From an uncultured Candidatus Saccharibacteria bacterium (GTDB taxonomy: Bacteria; Patescibacteriota; Doudnabacteria; UBA920), in contig CAZEKH010000001.1 in assembly GCA_964512925.1 (NCBI GenBank), forward strand, positions 39,445 to 103,444: 64,000 nucleotides of DNA, in the 5' to 3' direction. Below the pieces are notes generated by a model. The model was given only the letters and a program-made list of their open reading frames with translations, made no database searches and was not told the DNA's origin. This document shows positions 10,985-20,540 of this stretch, piece by piece (the stretch's first letter is position 1; each line of letters starts with the position of its first letter). A program made the position numbers and the translations under genes.

Positions 10985-11212
10985 CTAACTATTTGGATAG
11001 CGCCTAAAATCATTTATAAACCTCTCCATCTGCCGGTTTATATATATTAGCCTTTCCTCTATCCGATACTCCAAAGCCCGCTCCTCCTGTTCGCTTTCCG
11101 GTATGTTGTCATAATAATCATTTACAATATCTGTAAACTCATTACGAATCCCCTGCAGCCTCTCCCGCCGTTCGCGATGCCGACGGGTGGCAGCTTGCTC
11201 GTCAAATGCCAT
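10985..11212 (-). CDS. Small hypothetical protein
   Basis: Open 75-aa charged ORF between two tRNAs. Confidence 0.5.
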   Translation of the reverse strand: MAFDEQAATRRHRERRERLQGIRNEFTDIVNDYYDNIPESEQEERALEYRIEERLIYINRQMERFINDFRRYPNS

Positions 11213-11281
11213 AAAAAAAATTTAATATTTTAAATATTATACACCAAAAACACGCTCCGATGTAAAATCGGAGCGTGTTTT

Positions 11282-11357
11282 TGGTGGACCATACCGGATT
11301 TGAACCGGTCGCCTCTTCCATGCCATGGAAGCGCTCTACCAAATGAGCTAATGGCCC
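11282..11357 (-). tRNA. tRNA-Ala(GGC)
   Basis: Cloverleaf, G3:U70, loop AT-GGC-AT. Confidence 0.95.
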
Positions 11358-11396
11358 AGTTTTGTTATTACGATTGTTATTATTTTAGTATTCATT

Positions 11397-11648
11397 CTAC
11401 CTGGCTTTTTTTATTTCGTCTAGTGTTTGCTGCCAGCTTTTTGCCTGCTCCCGAAACGCGGGAATCACGCCAATAGTATTTAAAACCCATCCCAATAATA
11501 TAAGCCCTAAAGCTACACCAACTATGCTTCCAAGCCCTTGCATCATCCCCCGCACAAAAGCCCGCCACCAGCTCTCGGTTTTATGAAAAATTCCAAGTAG
11601 ATGTTGATCTAATTTTTCTAACTGATTTTTTAATTCGGGATCAAGCAT
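11397..11648 (-). CDS. DUF5665-like small membrane protein
   Basis: WRAFVRGMMQGLGSIVG followed by a TM helix. Confidence 0.7.
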   Translation of the reverse strand: MLDPELKNQLEKLDQHLLGIFHKTESWWRAFVRGMMQGLGSIVGVALGLILLGWVLNTIGVIPAFREQAKSWQQTLDEIKKAR

Positions 11649-11808
11649 AAAAATATATTGAAAATGAATTTTTTACATTATATCAAACTTTTAAAACTGT
11701 TTCTAAATTTTTCTTCTTTTTTTCAACAAAAAATCCTACACAGATATTTAATTAAATAACTGTAACCAGTCTTCTGCTTTGAAAAATCACAAGAAATAAC
11801 AAAATTCT

Positions 11809-11883
11809 TGGTGACCTCGGCTGGAATCGAACCAACATCAATAGCTTAGGACGCTACTGCTCTATCCATTGAGCTACGAGGCC
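11809..11883 (-). tRNA. tRNA-Arg(CCT)
   Basis: Cloverleaf, loop GT-CCT-AA, ACCA end. Confidence 0.92.
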
Positions 11884-12062
11884 ATAACTAAGATTTGTCT
11901 TATTTGATTTAAATATTTCAAATAAATGCATAAAATCAAGTAGAAAAAGTATATCAGAAAAATCAGTATGTTAAAATGCCTATGATGATACTTTGAATTT
12001 TGTTTTTGAAAGCTTCAACATTTGGCAGTAAACCTAAATGAATATGAAAAGAATTAATATTT

Positions 12063-13415
12063 ATGATTTACAACACATTTATTAAAAAAGTTAAATATCA
12101 GCACATCTTTTTGCAAGCTGGAATTTTTTTATTGATTCTCAGCATATTTTTTTCTGTAAGAAAAGTGTTTGAATTACCAGAATCATACATATTTGGTCAA
12201 TTTTCTGATTTTACGACTATTTCCTTATATTTAAGCGATATTATTGGTATATCTTTAATATGTTTACTTTTTTATCTTAAATATAAGAAAAAAATTGAAT
12301 ATCGGATGTCCGATATTTATATATTATTAATTTTCTGGCTTATTTCAAAGCTTTTATTATTTCCTTTAAAAGCAAGCTACATATCAATCTTTTTCACTAT
12401 AAAGCTAATATTTCTGCTATTTGTTGCATATGGAACAGATATTATCTTTACCCATTTAAGAACAATAAAAGTTAAGATATCCCCTATATTTATAAGGATT
12501 TTTTTAATTCTTACCTCATTCCAAGCATTTTTAGCGATTCTCCAGCACATTCAGCAAAAATCCCTTGGCTTGTACCAATTAGGGGAGTCACATATTGGAC
12601 CAAATATTTTAGGGACGGCAAAAGTAGTTTCAAATGACATATTGACAATTCGGAGTTACGGGACATTTCCACATCCCAATGTTTTGTCAGTTTTTCTCGT
12701 TTTTGGCTTAGGAATTTCTATCTATTTGTTACTTGAAGCCAATTCGCTAAGGTTAAAGATTTTATACTCTTTACTTATCATACTAAACACAATCGGTTTA
12801 ACCTTATCTTTCTCCAGAGCAGGATATTTGGCTTATTTACTATTTATTTCGTTCTTTACAATTGTACTTGTTTATAAAAAATATAAAGTTTCCAAATTTT
12901 TCCTTCTGGTTTTGCCCATAATCCTATTTTCAGTAATTCTTTCATATTCAATTTTTAAAAATGAAATCACTCCTCGCTCTGTTACTAAAGATCCGGCCTT
13001 CAGCGAAAGAGTCTTTTTAAACAAAATCGGCTTAAATATGATTAAAAACAACTGGTTTTTAGGAGTTGGAGCAGGGGAGTCAGTGCTTCATATGGAACAC
13101 TACTCAGATACCCCCCTCAAACTTTGGCAAAAGCAACCAATACATAACTATTTTCTACTTTCTTCATCAGAGCTTGGACTCCCTGGATTGATTCTTTTTC
13201 TTTTTATCTTCGCCAACAGTCTGATTGGATTAATAAAAAAACTATATATTTGTTTTTCATCTTACTACTTACTACTTACTGCTTTGTTACTTGTCATACT
13301 GTTTTTAATGCAATTTGACCATTATTTCTACACTTTAAACCAACCACAGTTACTTTTGTGGATGTTTTTAGGACTAGTTTCATCTGAAACAAAAAAATCC
13401 CCAGTAGGGGATTAG
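12063..13415 (+). CDS. O-antigen ligase/Wzy_C family membrane protein
   Basis: RSYGTFPHPN, SFSRAG, GVGAG, PIHN...ELGLPG; many TM helices; very AT-rich. Confidence 0.85.
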   Translation: MIYNTFIKKVKYQHIFLQAGIFLLILSIFFSVRKVFELPESYIFGQFSDFTTISLYLSDIIGISLICLLFYLKYKKKIEYRMSDIYILLIFWLISKLLLFPLKASYISIFFTIKLIFLLFVAYGTDIIFTHLRTIKVKISPIFIRIFLILTSFQAFLAILQHIQQKSLGLYQLGESHIGPNILGTAKVVSNDILTIRSYGTFPHPNVLSVFLVFGLGISIYLLLEANSLRLKILYSLLIILNTIGLTLSFSRAGYLAYLLFISFFTIVLVYKKYKVSKFFLLVLPIILFSVILSYSIFKNEITPRSVTKDPAFSERVFLNKIGLNMIKNNWFLGVGAGESVLHMEHYSDTPLKLWQKQPIHNYFLLSSSELGLPGLILFLFIFANSLIGLIKKLYICFSSYYLLLTALLLVILFLMQFDHYFYTLNQPQLLLWMFLGLVSSETKKSPVGD

Positions 13416-13437
13416 GGTTTTAAAAAATATATATTGA

Positions 13438-13908
13438 TTATTTATGGTACTGTTTGCCGGTTAGTATAGTAAATGCTCTGTATATTTGCTCTTCCAAAAT
13501 AACCCTTGCCATATTGTGAGGGAAAGTTAAAGGGGAGAGAGATACTGAGTAATTTGAATATTTTTTTAAACTTTGATGCAAACCCACGCCACTACCTATC
13601 ACAAAAACCATTTCCCTGCCAAAACCGCCAATTCTTTCTAAAAAAACCGCAAACTCTTTTGAGGTTCTAAGCTGACCGGCTTCTTCCAGTAAAATTACCA
13701 CTGCGTCTTTTGGTAAATGAGCGATAATCTTTTCAGCTTCCTGTTCTTTGATTTTTTCAATATCAAAATTTTTTTTATAAGCAACTTCCTGAAGCTCAAC
13801 AATTTTAATTTTTAAGAATGGCAAAAGCCTTTTTAAATATTCTTGTTCCAGGTCTTTATATGCCTGCTCTTTAAATTTTCCTAAAACAATAATTTGAATT
13901 TTCAACAT
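13438..13908 (-). CDS. rlmH: 23S rRNA pseudouridine-1915 N3-methyltransferase
   Basis: FVIGSGVGL, SLSPLTFPHNMARVILEEQIYRA...YHK. Confidence 0.95.
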   Translation of the reverse strand: MLKIQIIVLGKFKEQAYKDLEQEYLKRLLPFLKIKIVELQEVAYKKNFDIEKIKEQEAEKIIAHLPKDAVVILLEEAGQLRTSKEFAVFLERIGGFGREMVFVIGSGVGLHQSLKKYSNYSVSLSPLTFPHNMARVILEEQIYRAFTILTGKQYHK

Positions 13909-13953
13909 ACATATATTTTAGCAAATCCTGTATAATAAAACTATTAAATAAAA

Positions 13954-14505
13954 ATGAAAAAATCATTAAACACATCTGGCTTTACTTTAATTGAATTACT
14001 GGTTGTCATAGCTATAATCGGAATTTTATCTTCGGTTGTTATGGTAGCTATGAGAAACGCCAGAGAAACTGCAAAAAATTCTAAAACCCTAGCGGATTTA
14101 AAACAGATTCGCACTGCTCTGAGTATGCTTGAAGCCGATACAGGCAAATGGCCAAACGGTTGTCCTGTTGACACAACAGGCAACCCTGAAGTAGCTTTGG
14201 ATTTGCCGGCTGCGGGCATCAAGTCCTTGCCAACAGTCGGTTCGTATGGCGGTTCTTGTATTTGGACAGCCAGCGATATTGCCCTTTGGCGCGGACCTTA
14301 TGCGCCTGTTACAGTGGATGTTTGGCAAAGCAGTTACTATTTTGATCCGGACTTTTACACATGCGAAGAGGGATTAACCGTCAAACATGCTGTGATCCAG
14401 AGTTATGGCGCAAACCGAGAACAAAATTATTTAAGCAGCAACATCAACGCAGGCTCTGCCTGCCTGCTGCAAGAGAGTGACGACATTTATATGCTTTTAA
14501 AATAA
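13954..14505 (+). CDS. Type IV pilin/GspG-like protein with prepilin N-methylation motif
   Basis: GFTLIELLVVIAIIGILSSVV, WRGPY, DVWQSSY. Confidence 0.9.
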   Translation: MKKSLNTSGFTLIELLVVIAIIGILSSVVMVAMRNARETAKNSKTLADLKQIRTALSMLEADTGKWPNGCPVDTTGNPEVALDLPAAGIKSLPTVGSYGGSCIWTASDIALWRGPYAPVTVDVWQSSYYFDPDFYTCEEGLTVKHAVIQSYGANREQNYLSSNINAGSACLLQESDDIYMLLK

Positions 14506-14599
14506 ACCTTGATTTATTAACAAAACTAAAATATAATTGGCTCTATAAATAAATTATTATTATGCGGAAACTCGACCCGTCACAAAATTTATAAATTAA

Positions 14600-14790
14600 G
14601 GGCCTATGGTCCAGTGATAAGACACAGCATTCGCATCCTCCTACATTACTTTTGTAGGGGATATAGTAAAATGGTATTACGCGGCATTCGCATTGCCGAG
14701 GTTCGGGTTCGATTCCCGATATCTCCACCAAAAGTAATTTCGGACGGACAAGCTGCCGGGACGAGAGTTCGACTCTTGCTAGACGCAGCA
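14600..14790 (+). pseudogene. Split, degenerate tRNA-Ala(CGC): 5' half 14600-14636, 3' half ~14754-14790
   Basis: GGGCCTA-TG-GTC...GAC-A-CAGCA-TTCGCAT upstream and TGCCG...GAGAG-TTCGACT...TAGACGC-AGCA downstream of the intact tRNA. Confidence 0.6.
14657..14730 (+). tRNA. tRNA-Ala(CGC)
   Basis: GGGGATA/TATCTCC acceptor with G3:U70, loop TT-CGC-AT, ACCA end. Confidence 0.92.
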
Positions 14791-14878
14791 GACAAATTTT
14801 TATTCTGTTTTTAAACTCAAAACTTTTTTTCTGGTTAAATAGAAACTTAGTGTTTAAAAAAATTTATATATTTATATT

Positions 14879-15445
14879 ATGTCAGACTATACACGTAATC
14901 CGGACGAACTTTACGAGCCCCAAGCCCCCGCCAAAACAAAACCAATGGAGCGCAATCCTACTGCGCAAGAGGTCACAGAAGCATTAATCAGCGTCGAAAT
15001 AGCGAGTTTAGCTGATGAATACGACAATCCAAGATCCCAATCTTCAAAAGACTCCTCAGATTTTAAGGAAAAACCAAAACAAGGCGCTTGGTTTGAATAC
15101 ATTTGTAAGCGTGAAGAAATACAACCTGGCATGCTAGCAATCTGTCAAAAAAAAGATAACAGCGTAGGCATATTTGATTTTGGTGGGAAAGAATTCATTT
15201 TTCTTTATACCAATGACCAGGCCAAAATTTCAGATACCCAATTGCATAAATATATGGAAGCCATACAAAAAGCTGGATATACTGAACCTTTAACTGTCGT
15301 CCCAATAAGAGATTTAAAAATTTTTGACGATCTAAAAGCAGATGTGAATATTATGTTAGACGCTCCATTATCCAACAAACAGCAAATTAATATTTCTAAC
15401 TTAGAAGTAACATCAACAGATCTGAATGATAAAAGTCTGGAATGA
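14879..15445 (+). CDS. Hypothetical protein
   Basis: 188-aa ORF followed by a terminator-like hairpin at ~15497-15533. Confidence 0.6.
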   Translation: MSDYTRNPDELYEPQAPAKTKPMERNPTAQEVTEALISVEIASLADEYDNPRSQSSKDSSDFKEKPKQGAWFEYICKREEIQPGMLAICQKKDNSVGIFDFGGKEFIFLYTNDQAKISDTQLHKYMEAIQKAGYTEPLTVVPIRDLKIFDDLKADVNIMLDAPLSNKQQINISNLEVTSTDLNDKSLE

Positions 15446-15558
15446 TTATTTTGCAAATAAATTCTTTTATCTAAGACCATAAATATAATATCAATTCAAA
15501 ACCCCGTCCTTTGCAAACAAAGGGCGGAGTTTTGTTTATAAAAACTTAAATGTGATTT

Positions 15559-16146
15559 CTATAACTTTTTAAATTTCTTTGACACGTACAGGCTGAACAA
15601 AAAAAATAAACAGAAAATACCCAGCAAAACCAACTCGCCGTATTTCAAAAAACCCAGCAAGGTTTGATACGATGAGCTAAAAACATAAGCCAAGGTTCCA
15701 AAAATACTCAGCCAAATCACGACAGATAAAAAACCAAATCCAATATATTGTTTCATTGGAAACTTTAACACTCCAAACCGCAACAGCGCAGTACGATGCA
15801 GGCCATAAACAAATTTGGACAACAACATTACTTTAAACGGCTTTTCTAAAAAATGATTGTCAAAACGTCCTACCATTTTATGTAAAAAACCAACAAATTT
15901 TTCAAACCGGTGCAAATGCCTGCCAATATAATACCAGATCTGCTGCTCTAAAAGAGCGCCAAAAACCACGGACAACAGTACTGGCCAAAACCCAAGACTG
16001 CCCTGAGTTACTGCAAAGGCAGCTGCAAAAACTGTAATCATTGCCTCGACTGACATCCCTAAAACAATAGCCAAGTATGCCAAAATAGGGGACAGGGTTA
16101 AAAAAACAAAATCCATAAACAAATAAATAAAAATAACTCCCCACAC
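15559..16146 (-). CDS. DedA family membrane protein (start probably MDFVFL, ~16116)
   Basis: YYIGR, SKFVYGLHR, multiple TM helices. Confidence 0.85.
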   Translation of the reverse strand: MWGVIFIYLFMDFVFLTLSPILAYLAIVLGMSVEAMITVFAAAFAVTQGSLGFWPVLLSVVFGALLEQQIWYYIGRHLHRFEKFVGFLHKMVGRFDNHFLEKPFKVMLLSKFVYGLHRTALLRFGVLKFPMKQYIGFGFLSVVIWLSIFGTLAYVFSSSYQTLLGFLKYGELVLLGIFCLFFLFSLYVSKKFKKL

Positions 16147-16240
16147 TCACTTTGGTATTATACCACTGACCGGCTATAAAATCTTCTCATGATATAACAA
16201 CAACCATTGCCTAAAAGATTTTAAACTATCTGCAATAAAC

Positions 16241-17755
16241 TTAGGCGCTATGCAACACCTCAATTTTTGCTCCTAAAGTTTTCAAACGACTAACAAGATC
16301 CTCATATCCGCGGTTAATAGAATACACATTACGAAGAACGGAAGTTCCTTTGGCTGCCAGCATACCAATCAAAATAATAGCAGCCGGCCGAAGGGCGGGC
16401 GGACAGATAACTTCAGCCCCTTTAAGCTCACTTACACCTTCTATTTGTACCCGATGAGCGTCCAGCAAAGTCAGATTGGCCCGCAATTTAGAAAGCTCTA
16501 GATAATAAATTGCGCGATTTTCATAAACCCAATCATGGATTAAGGTCCTGCCTTTTGCTAGAGCGGCAAGAGGCACAAAAAATGGCAAATTGTCTATATT
16601 TATCCCGGCATTTGAAGGCAGGGGATGAATTTTTTCTGTAAGAGCTGTTAAATTACCAGTCGCCATGGTTTTGATGTCACACAATTTCGTATAACCATTT
16701 TGGCTGAGATAGTTTTTAATTATTTTATACTTAAAACCCATTTTTTCCATCTTTAACAGCTCCATCCGTAAAAACTCTATGGGACACCTTTCAATTGTTA
16801 TGTTGGAGCTCGTTGCCGCCGCCAAGGACAAAAAAAGCATTGACTCAATAGGATCCTCGCTTACTGCAAATTCTATATTTCTATCTATCTCATCTACACC
16901 CTCAATCTCCAAAGTTGAAGAGCCAATACCGGAAATTTTTACTCCCAATTTTTGCAAAAAGAAGCAGACATCCTGCACCATATAATTAGCCGAGGCCAAG
17001 CGAACAGTGGTTTTTCCAGGACATAACGCAGCCGCCATCACAATATTTTCTGTTACCGTATCACCCATTTCATATAAAGTGATATCAGCGGCTTTCAGAT
17101 TTTTAGCAGATATTTCATAATGATCGTGAATGGTTTTTATTTTTATTCCCAATCTCTCTAAAGCAAACAAGTGCGGAGCAACTGTGCGCTGACCCAGTTT
17201 GCAGCCACCAGCAAATGGTAGAGAAAATTCGGGCAAAAAATGCGCCAAAGGACCCATAAGCATAATCACGGTGCGAGTTTTTATCGCTGCTTGAATATCC
17301 AACTGCTGAATGGCAAATATTTTCGGCGGCTTTATAAGCAAGTCATTATTTTGCCATTTAACGCTGACCCCAATACTGCTTAAAACCTCAATTATTCTAT
17401 ATACTTCTTCAATCTTCGGAACATTTTTTAAGGTTGTCGCTCCCTTGTTTAAAAGCGAAGCGCACATCAAACCCAAAGCGCAATTTTTAGAAGTATTGGT
17501 TCTGACAGCGCCGGAAAGTTCGCGCCCTCCCTCAATCTTAAAATTCAACTGTTCAGAGGCTAACGAAATTATCTTTCTGTTTAACACCCCGGAAATTTTT
17601 GAAAGCATTTCGGTAGAAAAATTCTGCAAACCTTTTTCCATACGCGCAACTGCTGACTGACTAGTTTTTAAACTTTTGGCAAAATCTGCCTGGCTTATAC
17701 CTTGTTTTTGCCTGAGCTTTTGAATAAACTTTCCGATAGTTTTGGCTTCAATCAT
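16241..17755 (-). CDS. murA: UDP-N-acetylglucosamine 1-carboxyvinyltransferase with N-terminal XRE HTH
   Basis: SQADFAKSLKTSQSAVARMEKG HTH; SKN, GGCKLGQR, TENIVMAA, YENR, INRGYEDL. Confidence 0.92.
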   Translation of the reverse strand: MIEAKTIGKFIQKLRQKQGISQADFAKSLKTSQSAVARMEKGLQNFSTEMLSKISGVLNRKIISLASEQLNFKIEGGRELSGAVRTNTSKNCALGLMCASLLNKGATTLKNVPKIEEVYRIIEVLSSIGVSVKWQNNDLLIKPPKIFAIQQLDIQAAIKTRTVIMLMGPLAHFLPEFSLPFAGGCKLGQRTVAPHLFALERLGIKIKTIHDHYEISAKNLKAADITLYEMGDTVTENIVMAAALCPGKTTVRLASANYMVQDVCFFLQKLGVKISGIGSSTLEIEGVDEIDRNIEFAVSEDPIESMLFLSLAAATSSNITIERCPIEFLRMELLKMEKMGFKYKIIKNYLSQNGYTKLCDIKTMATGNLTALTEKIHPLPSNAGINIDNLPFFVPLAALAKGRTLIHDWVYENRAIYYLELSKLRANLTLLDAHRVQIEGVSELKGAEVICPPALRPAAIILIGMLAAKGTSVLRNVYSINRGYEDLVSRLKTLGAKIEVLHSA

Positions 17756-17789
17756 ATATTTTAGACTTAAGATTATTATCGCTTACATT

Positions 17790-17805
17790 ATATCATATAT
17801 GATAT
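17790..17805. promoter_or_regulatory. Candidate operator upstream of XRE-murA
   Basis: Perfect 16-bp palindrome ATATCATATATGATAT, 35 nt upstream of the start codon. Confidence 0.45.
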
Positions 17806-17847
17806 TATAAAACAACCCGCCTAGGCGGGTTGTTTGATGTAAATTTG

Positions 17848-18048
17848 TTAAAGCTGGAAAACCTGCTTAAACCAGGCTTCTAAAAAATGCGTTTTTTGGT
17901 TATAAAAATATACCGCCAAAACCACAGTCAAATAAAGCAAATTGAGCAAAACCAACCTCACCAAGTCGTGCTTGATCACAGTATATTCCTCAGCCTCGGA
18001 AAACATCTGGACATTTTGACTGTTATTTTTTTTCAATTTTTGGGACAT
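17848..18048 (-). CDS. Small membrane protein
   Basis: MSQKLK...EEYTVIKHDLVRLVLLN then a TM helix. Confidence 0.6.
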   Translation of the reverse strand: MSQKLKKNNSQNVQMFSEAEEYTVIKHDLVRLVLLNLLYLTVVLAVYFYNQKTHFLEAWFKQVFQL

Positions 18049-18134
18049 AAACAAATAATTAATAGTCATTAAAATAAATATTAACATTTAGGGGATTTGA
18101 AAGCAAATGGTCTTAGTGTTACAATAAGCAAGCT

Positions 18135-18629
18135 ATGCAAACATTTTTTAGCCAAAATCCCAATTTTATTGGGTATATTCTGACTTTATTTGCCCTGACG
18201 CTTTCAGGTTTGGCGCTGTATAAGATCAAAAATCTGAACAGTTTAAAAAAGAAATTTTTCCAAGGGTCCGATGGCGCTGACCTGGAAAATATTCTGAGAG
18301 TTTTGGACAGCAACTTGCAGGATTTGCAAAATCAGCAACTATATTTGGAGCAAAAATTGCTGGATCTGACAGAAGACGGGTCGTACGCAATAAAAAAAAT
18401 CGGGCTGGTGAAATTCAACCCGTATGAAAACAGCGGGGGAAATTTAAGTTTTTGCATTGCCCTCTTAAATGGCAAAAATTCGGGTTTAATACTGACTTCT
18501 ATGCACGGACGAGAGCATAACCGAATCTATACGAAAAAAATAATCGGTGGAAAAAGTGAAATAACACTGACAGAAGAAGAAATCAAAGCTGTCAACCTTG
18601 CTCAAGGACAAAAAGATTTCAACCCTTAA
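18135..18629 (+). CDS. DUF4446 family protein
   Basis: KIGLVKFNPYENSGGNLSFCIALL...GLILTSMHGRE...RIYTKKI. Confidence 0.88.
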   Translation: MQTFFSQNPNFIGYILTLFALTLSGLALYKIKNLNSLKKKFFQGSDGADLENILRVLDSNLQDLQNQQLYLEQKLLDLTEDGSYAIKKIGLVKFNPYENSGGNLSFCIALLNGKNSGLILTSMHGREHNRIYTKKIIGGKSEITLTEEEIKAVNLAQGQKDFNP

Positions 18630-18674
18630 ACATTAATTCAGGCTTTTAAACAAGCCTTGGAACAAATCTAAAAT

Positions 18675-19085
18675 ATGAACAAAATTTTTGAAGAAAGCCA
18701 GAGCCAGCAGGCTGACACAGTGGTGGGACCTTCAGTAAAAATTCAAGGTGATTTAAACAGCGAGGGTAACATCCGCATCGAAGGTCAGGTTTCCGGAAAA
18801 GTCAAAACCAGCCAGAGCGTATTTGTCATTCAAGGCGCAAAAATCACCGCCGATGTAGTAGCCGGCAATGCGGTTATTGGCGGTGAAATTCAAGGTAATT
18901 TAAAAATATCCGGGCAGCTAATTTTGCAGCCTACGGCTAAAATTTTGGGCGACATTGCCTGCCAAGTTTTGCGGGTGGAAGACGGTGCGGTTTTTTCCGG
19001 CAAATGTTCTATGAACACCGGGGAAATGGTTTCCACCAATGGAAAAAAGTCGGTTAAGCTTGTTGAGGAAATAGAGCAAGAGTAA
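18675..19085 (+). CDS. Bactofilin (polymer-forming cytoskeletal protein)
   Basis: TVVGPSVKIQGDL...IRIEG...VEDGAVFSGKCSM. Confidence 0.9.
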   Translation: MNKIFEESQSQQADTVVGPSVKIQGDLNSEGNIRIEGQVSGKVKTSQSVFVIQGAKITADVVAGNAVIGGEIQGNLKISGQLILQPTAKILGDIACQVLRVEDGAVFSGKCSMNTGEMVSTNGKKSVKLVEEIEQE

Positions 19086-19097
19086 TTTTCTAAAAAA

Positions 19098-19181
19098 ATA
19101 ACGATAACAATAACCATTACGATAACAAAAAGGATATTATTTATCGTTAACAGTGTTATTGTTATTTTTATTGTTATGGTT
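19098..19181. repeat. Inverted hexamer tandem arrays, (ATAACN)5 ... (NGTTAT)n
   Basis: ataacg ataaca ataacc attacg ataaca, then complementary units. Confidence 0.6.
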
Positions 19182-19188
19182 TACCGCT

Positions 19189-20031
19189 ATGTACTACTAC
19201 ATCCTTGACCAGGGCAGCCTGCCGATCGACAAATTTGAAAGACTGCAAACCGAAGTCACCGGACTTTTGGCGGAGTTTAAAATTGCCGGAGAAATGGGCA
19301 GGGTAACACCTCTTCGGCACGTTTCCGAACTGGTCAATGTAGCTAGCCAAAGAGCGGTTAAAACCCTAGTCATCTGTGGCTCAGACGACACTTTTAACCA
19401 GGTCGTGGTTGCGCTAAAAGGACGGGACTTTCTTTTGGGCTTCATCCCGCTTGATGAAGAATCGTACTTGGGAAAAATACTCGGTTTAGACAGCGTATTT
19501 ACTGCTGTTAAAACCATTGCGGCTCGCCGGGTGGAAAAAATCGACCTGGCTAAGATTGGCGGCAATTACTTTTTAAGCTATCTGGAATTCGGCGTTACCA
19601 GCCAAAACTTAAAAGGCCTAAGCTGGTTTTCATCCCTGAGACTTTTGTCCATTGAACCCAAAAAATTTAACATCCGCATAGACGACTCGTACAATGTTGA
19701 GATTGAAGCCCTGGGCGGAATGCTGACCAATACCCGCTCCACCTCTTCTAAAAACGCTAGCATCGCCAACCCAACTGACAGCAGTCTTGATCTTTTACTC
19801 CTAGAACCTCTAAATAAAATGCAGATTTTGCAATACAAAAAAGACATCGCTGAAGGCACTTTGGAAAATGTGCCCAAAACCACAGTCATCAAATGCCGAA
19901 AAGCGGAATTCATCGAACCTCGCGGCACCAACCTAACCATGCTCGGCCGCGTTGTAGCCAAATTCCCGGCCGCTGTTGAAATCATCCCTCAAAGACTCAG
20001 GATGATAGTCGGAAAAAACAGAACATTTTAA
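19189..20031 (+). CDS. Diacylglycerol kinase catalytic-domain family protein
   Basis: VICGSDDTFNQVV, LGFIPL, IDLAKI. Confidence 0.8.
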   Translation: MYYYILDQGSLPIDKFERLQTEVTGLLAEFKIAGEMGRVTPLRHVSELVNVASQRAVKTLVICGSDDTFNQVVVALKGRDFLLGFIPLDEESYLGKILGLDSVFTAVKTIAARRVEKIDLAKIGGNYFLSYLEFGVTSQNLKGLSWFSSLRLLSIEPKKFNIRIDDSYNVEIEALGGMLTNTRSTSSKNASIANPTDSSLDLLLLEPLNKMQILQYKKDIAEGTLENVPKTTVIKCRKAEFIEPRGTNLTMLGRVVAKFPAAVEIIPQRLRMIVGKNRTF

Positions 20032-20149
20032 TTCACGGATGCGCAGATAGGGACAAATAACACTAATTTTAAATTCTAATAAAAATATAAACCGGCAGAA
20101 CGCTTACGCGCCTGCCGGTTTTTGTATGCGTGGCAAGGATACCCGTCCA

Positions 20150-20413
20150 CTAAGGCTTCTTGCGTTCACGAAAGCTCACCAGCCACTTTTCCAAATCCGG
20201 CTCGTCTTCGGTATACAAAACGACTCGCAGACCATCTATGCGGACTATTCGATACCAAGCTTCACCGGTACCCCAATAAACCCGAACCTTGCTCTCAACC
20301 AGCGTGACAAGCTGATTCCCCGAAAGCAAAGCAGAGTCTTCTTTCATCTCTTGCCATCCCTGGTCATATATCCACACTGACTCATCTAATGGTTTGTTGC
20401 CAAAATATCTCAT
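20150..20413 (-). CDS. Hypothetical protein
   Basis: AGGAGG SD upstream; terminator hairpin at ~20089-20123. Confidence 0.55.
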   Translation of the reverse strand: MRYFGNKPLDESVWIYDQGWQEMKEDSALLSGNQLVTLVESKVRVYWGTGEAWYRIVRIDGLRVVLYTEDEPDLEKWLVSFRERKKP

Positions 20414-20540
20414 ACCCGCCTCCTGTTAACTTATTTGAAGTGTCATTTTTTTGGTTATAAATGACTTTAAAGAATATTGTATTGCTAAAACAATGTAAAT
20501 ATTGTATTATACAAGTGTCAGAAAATATTACACTTTTTAT

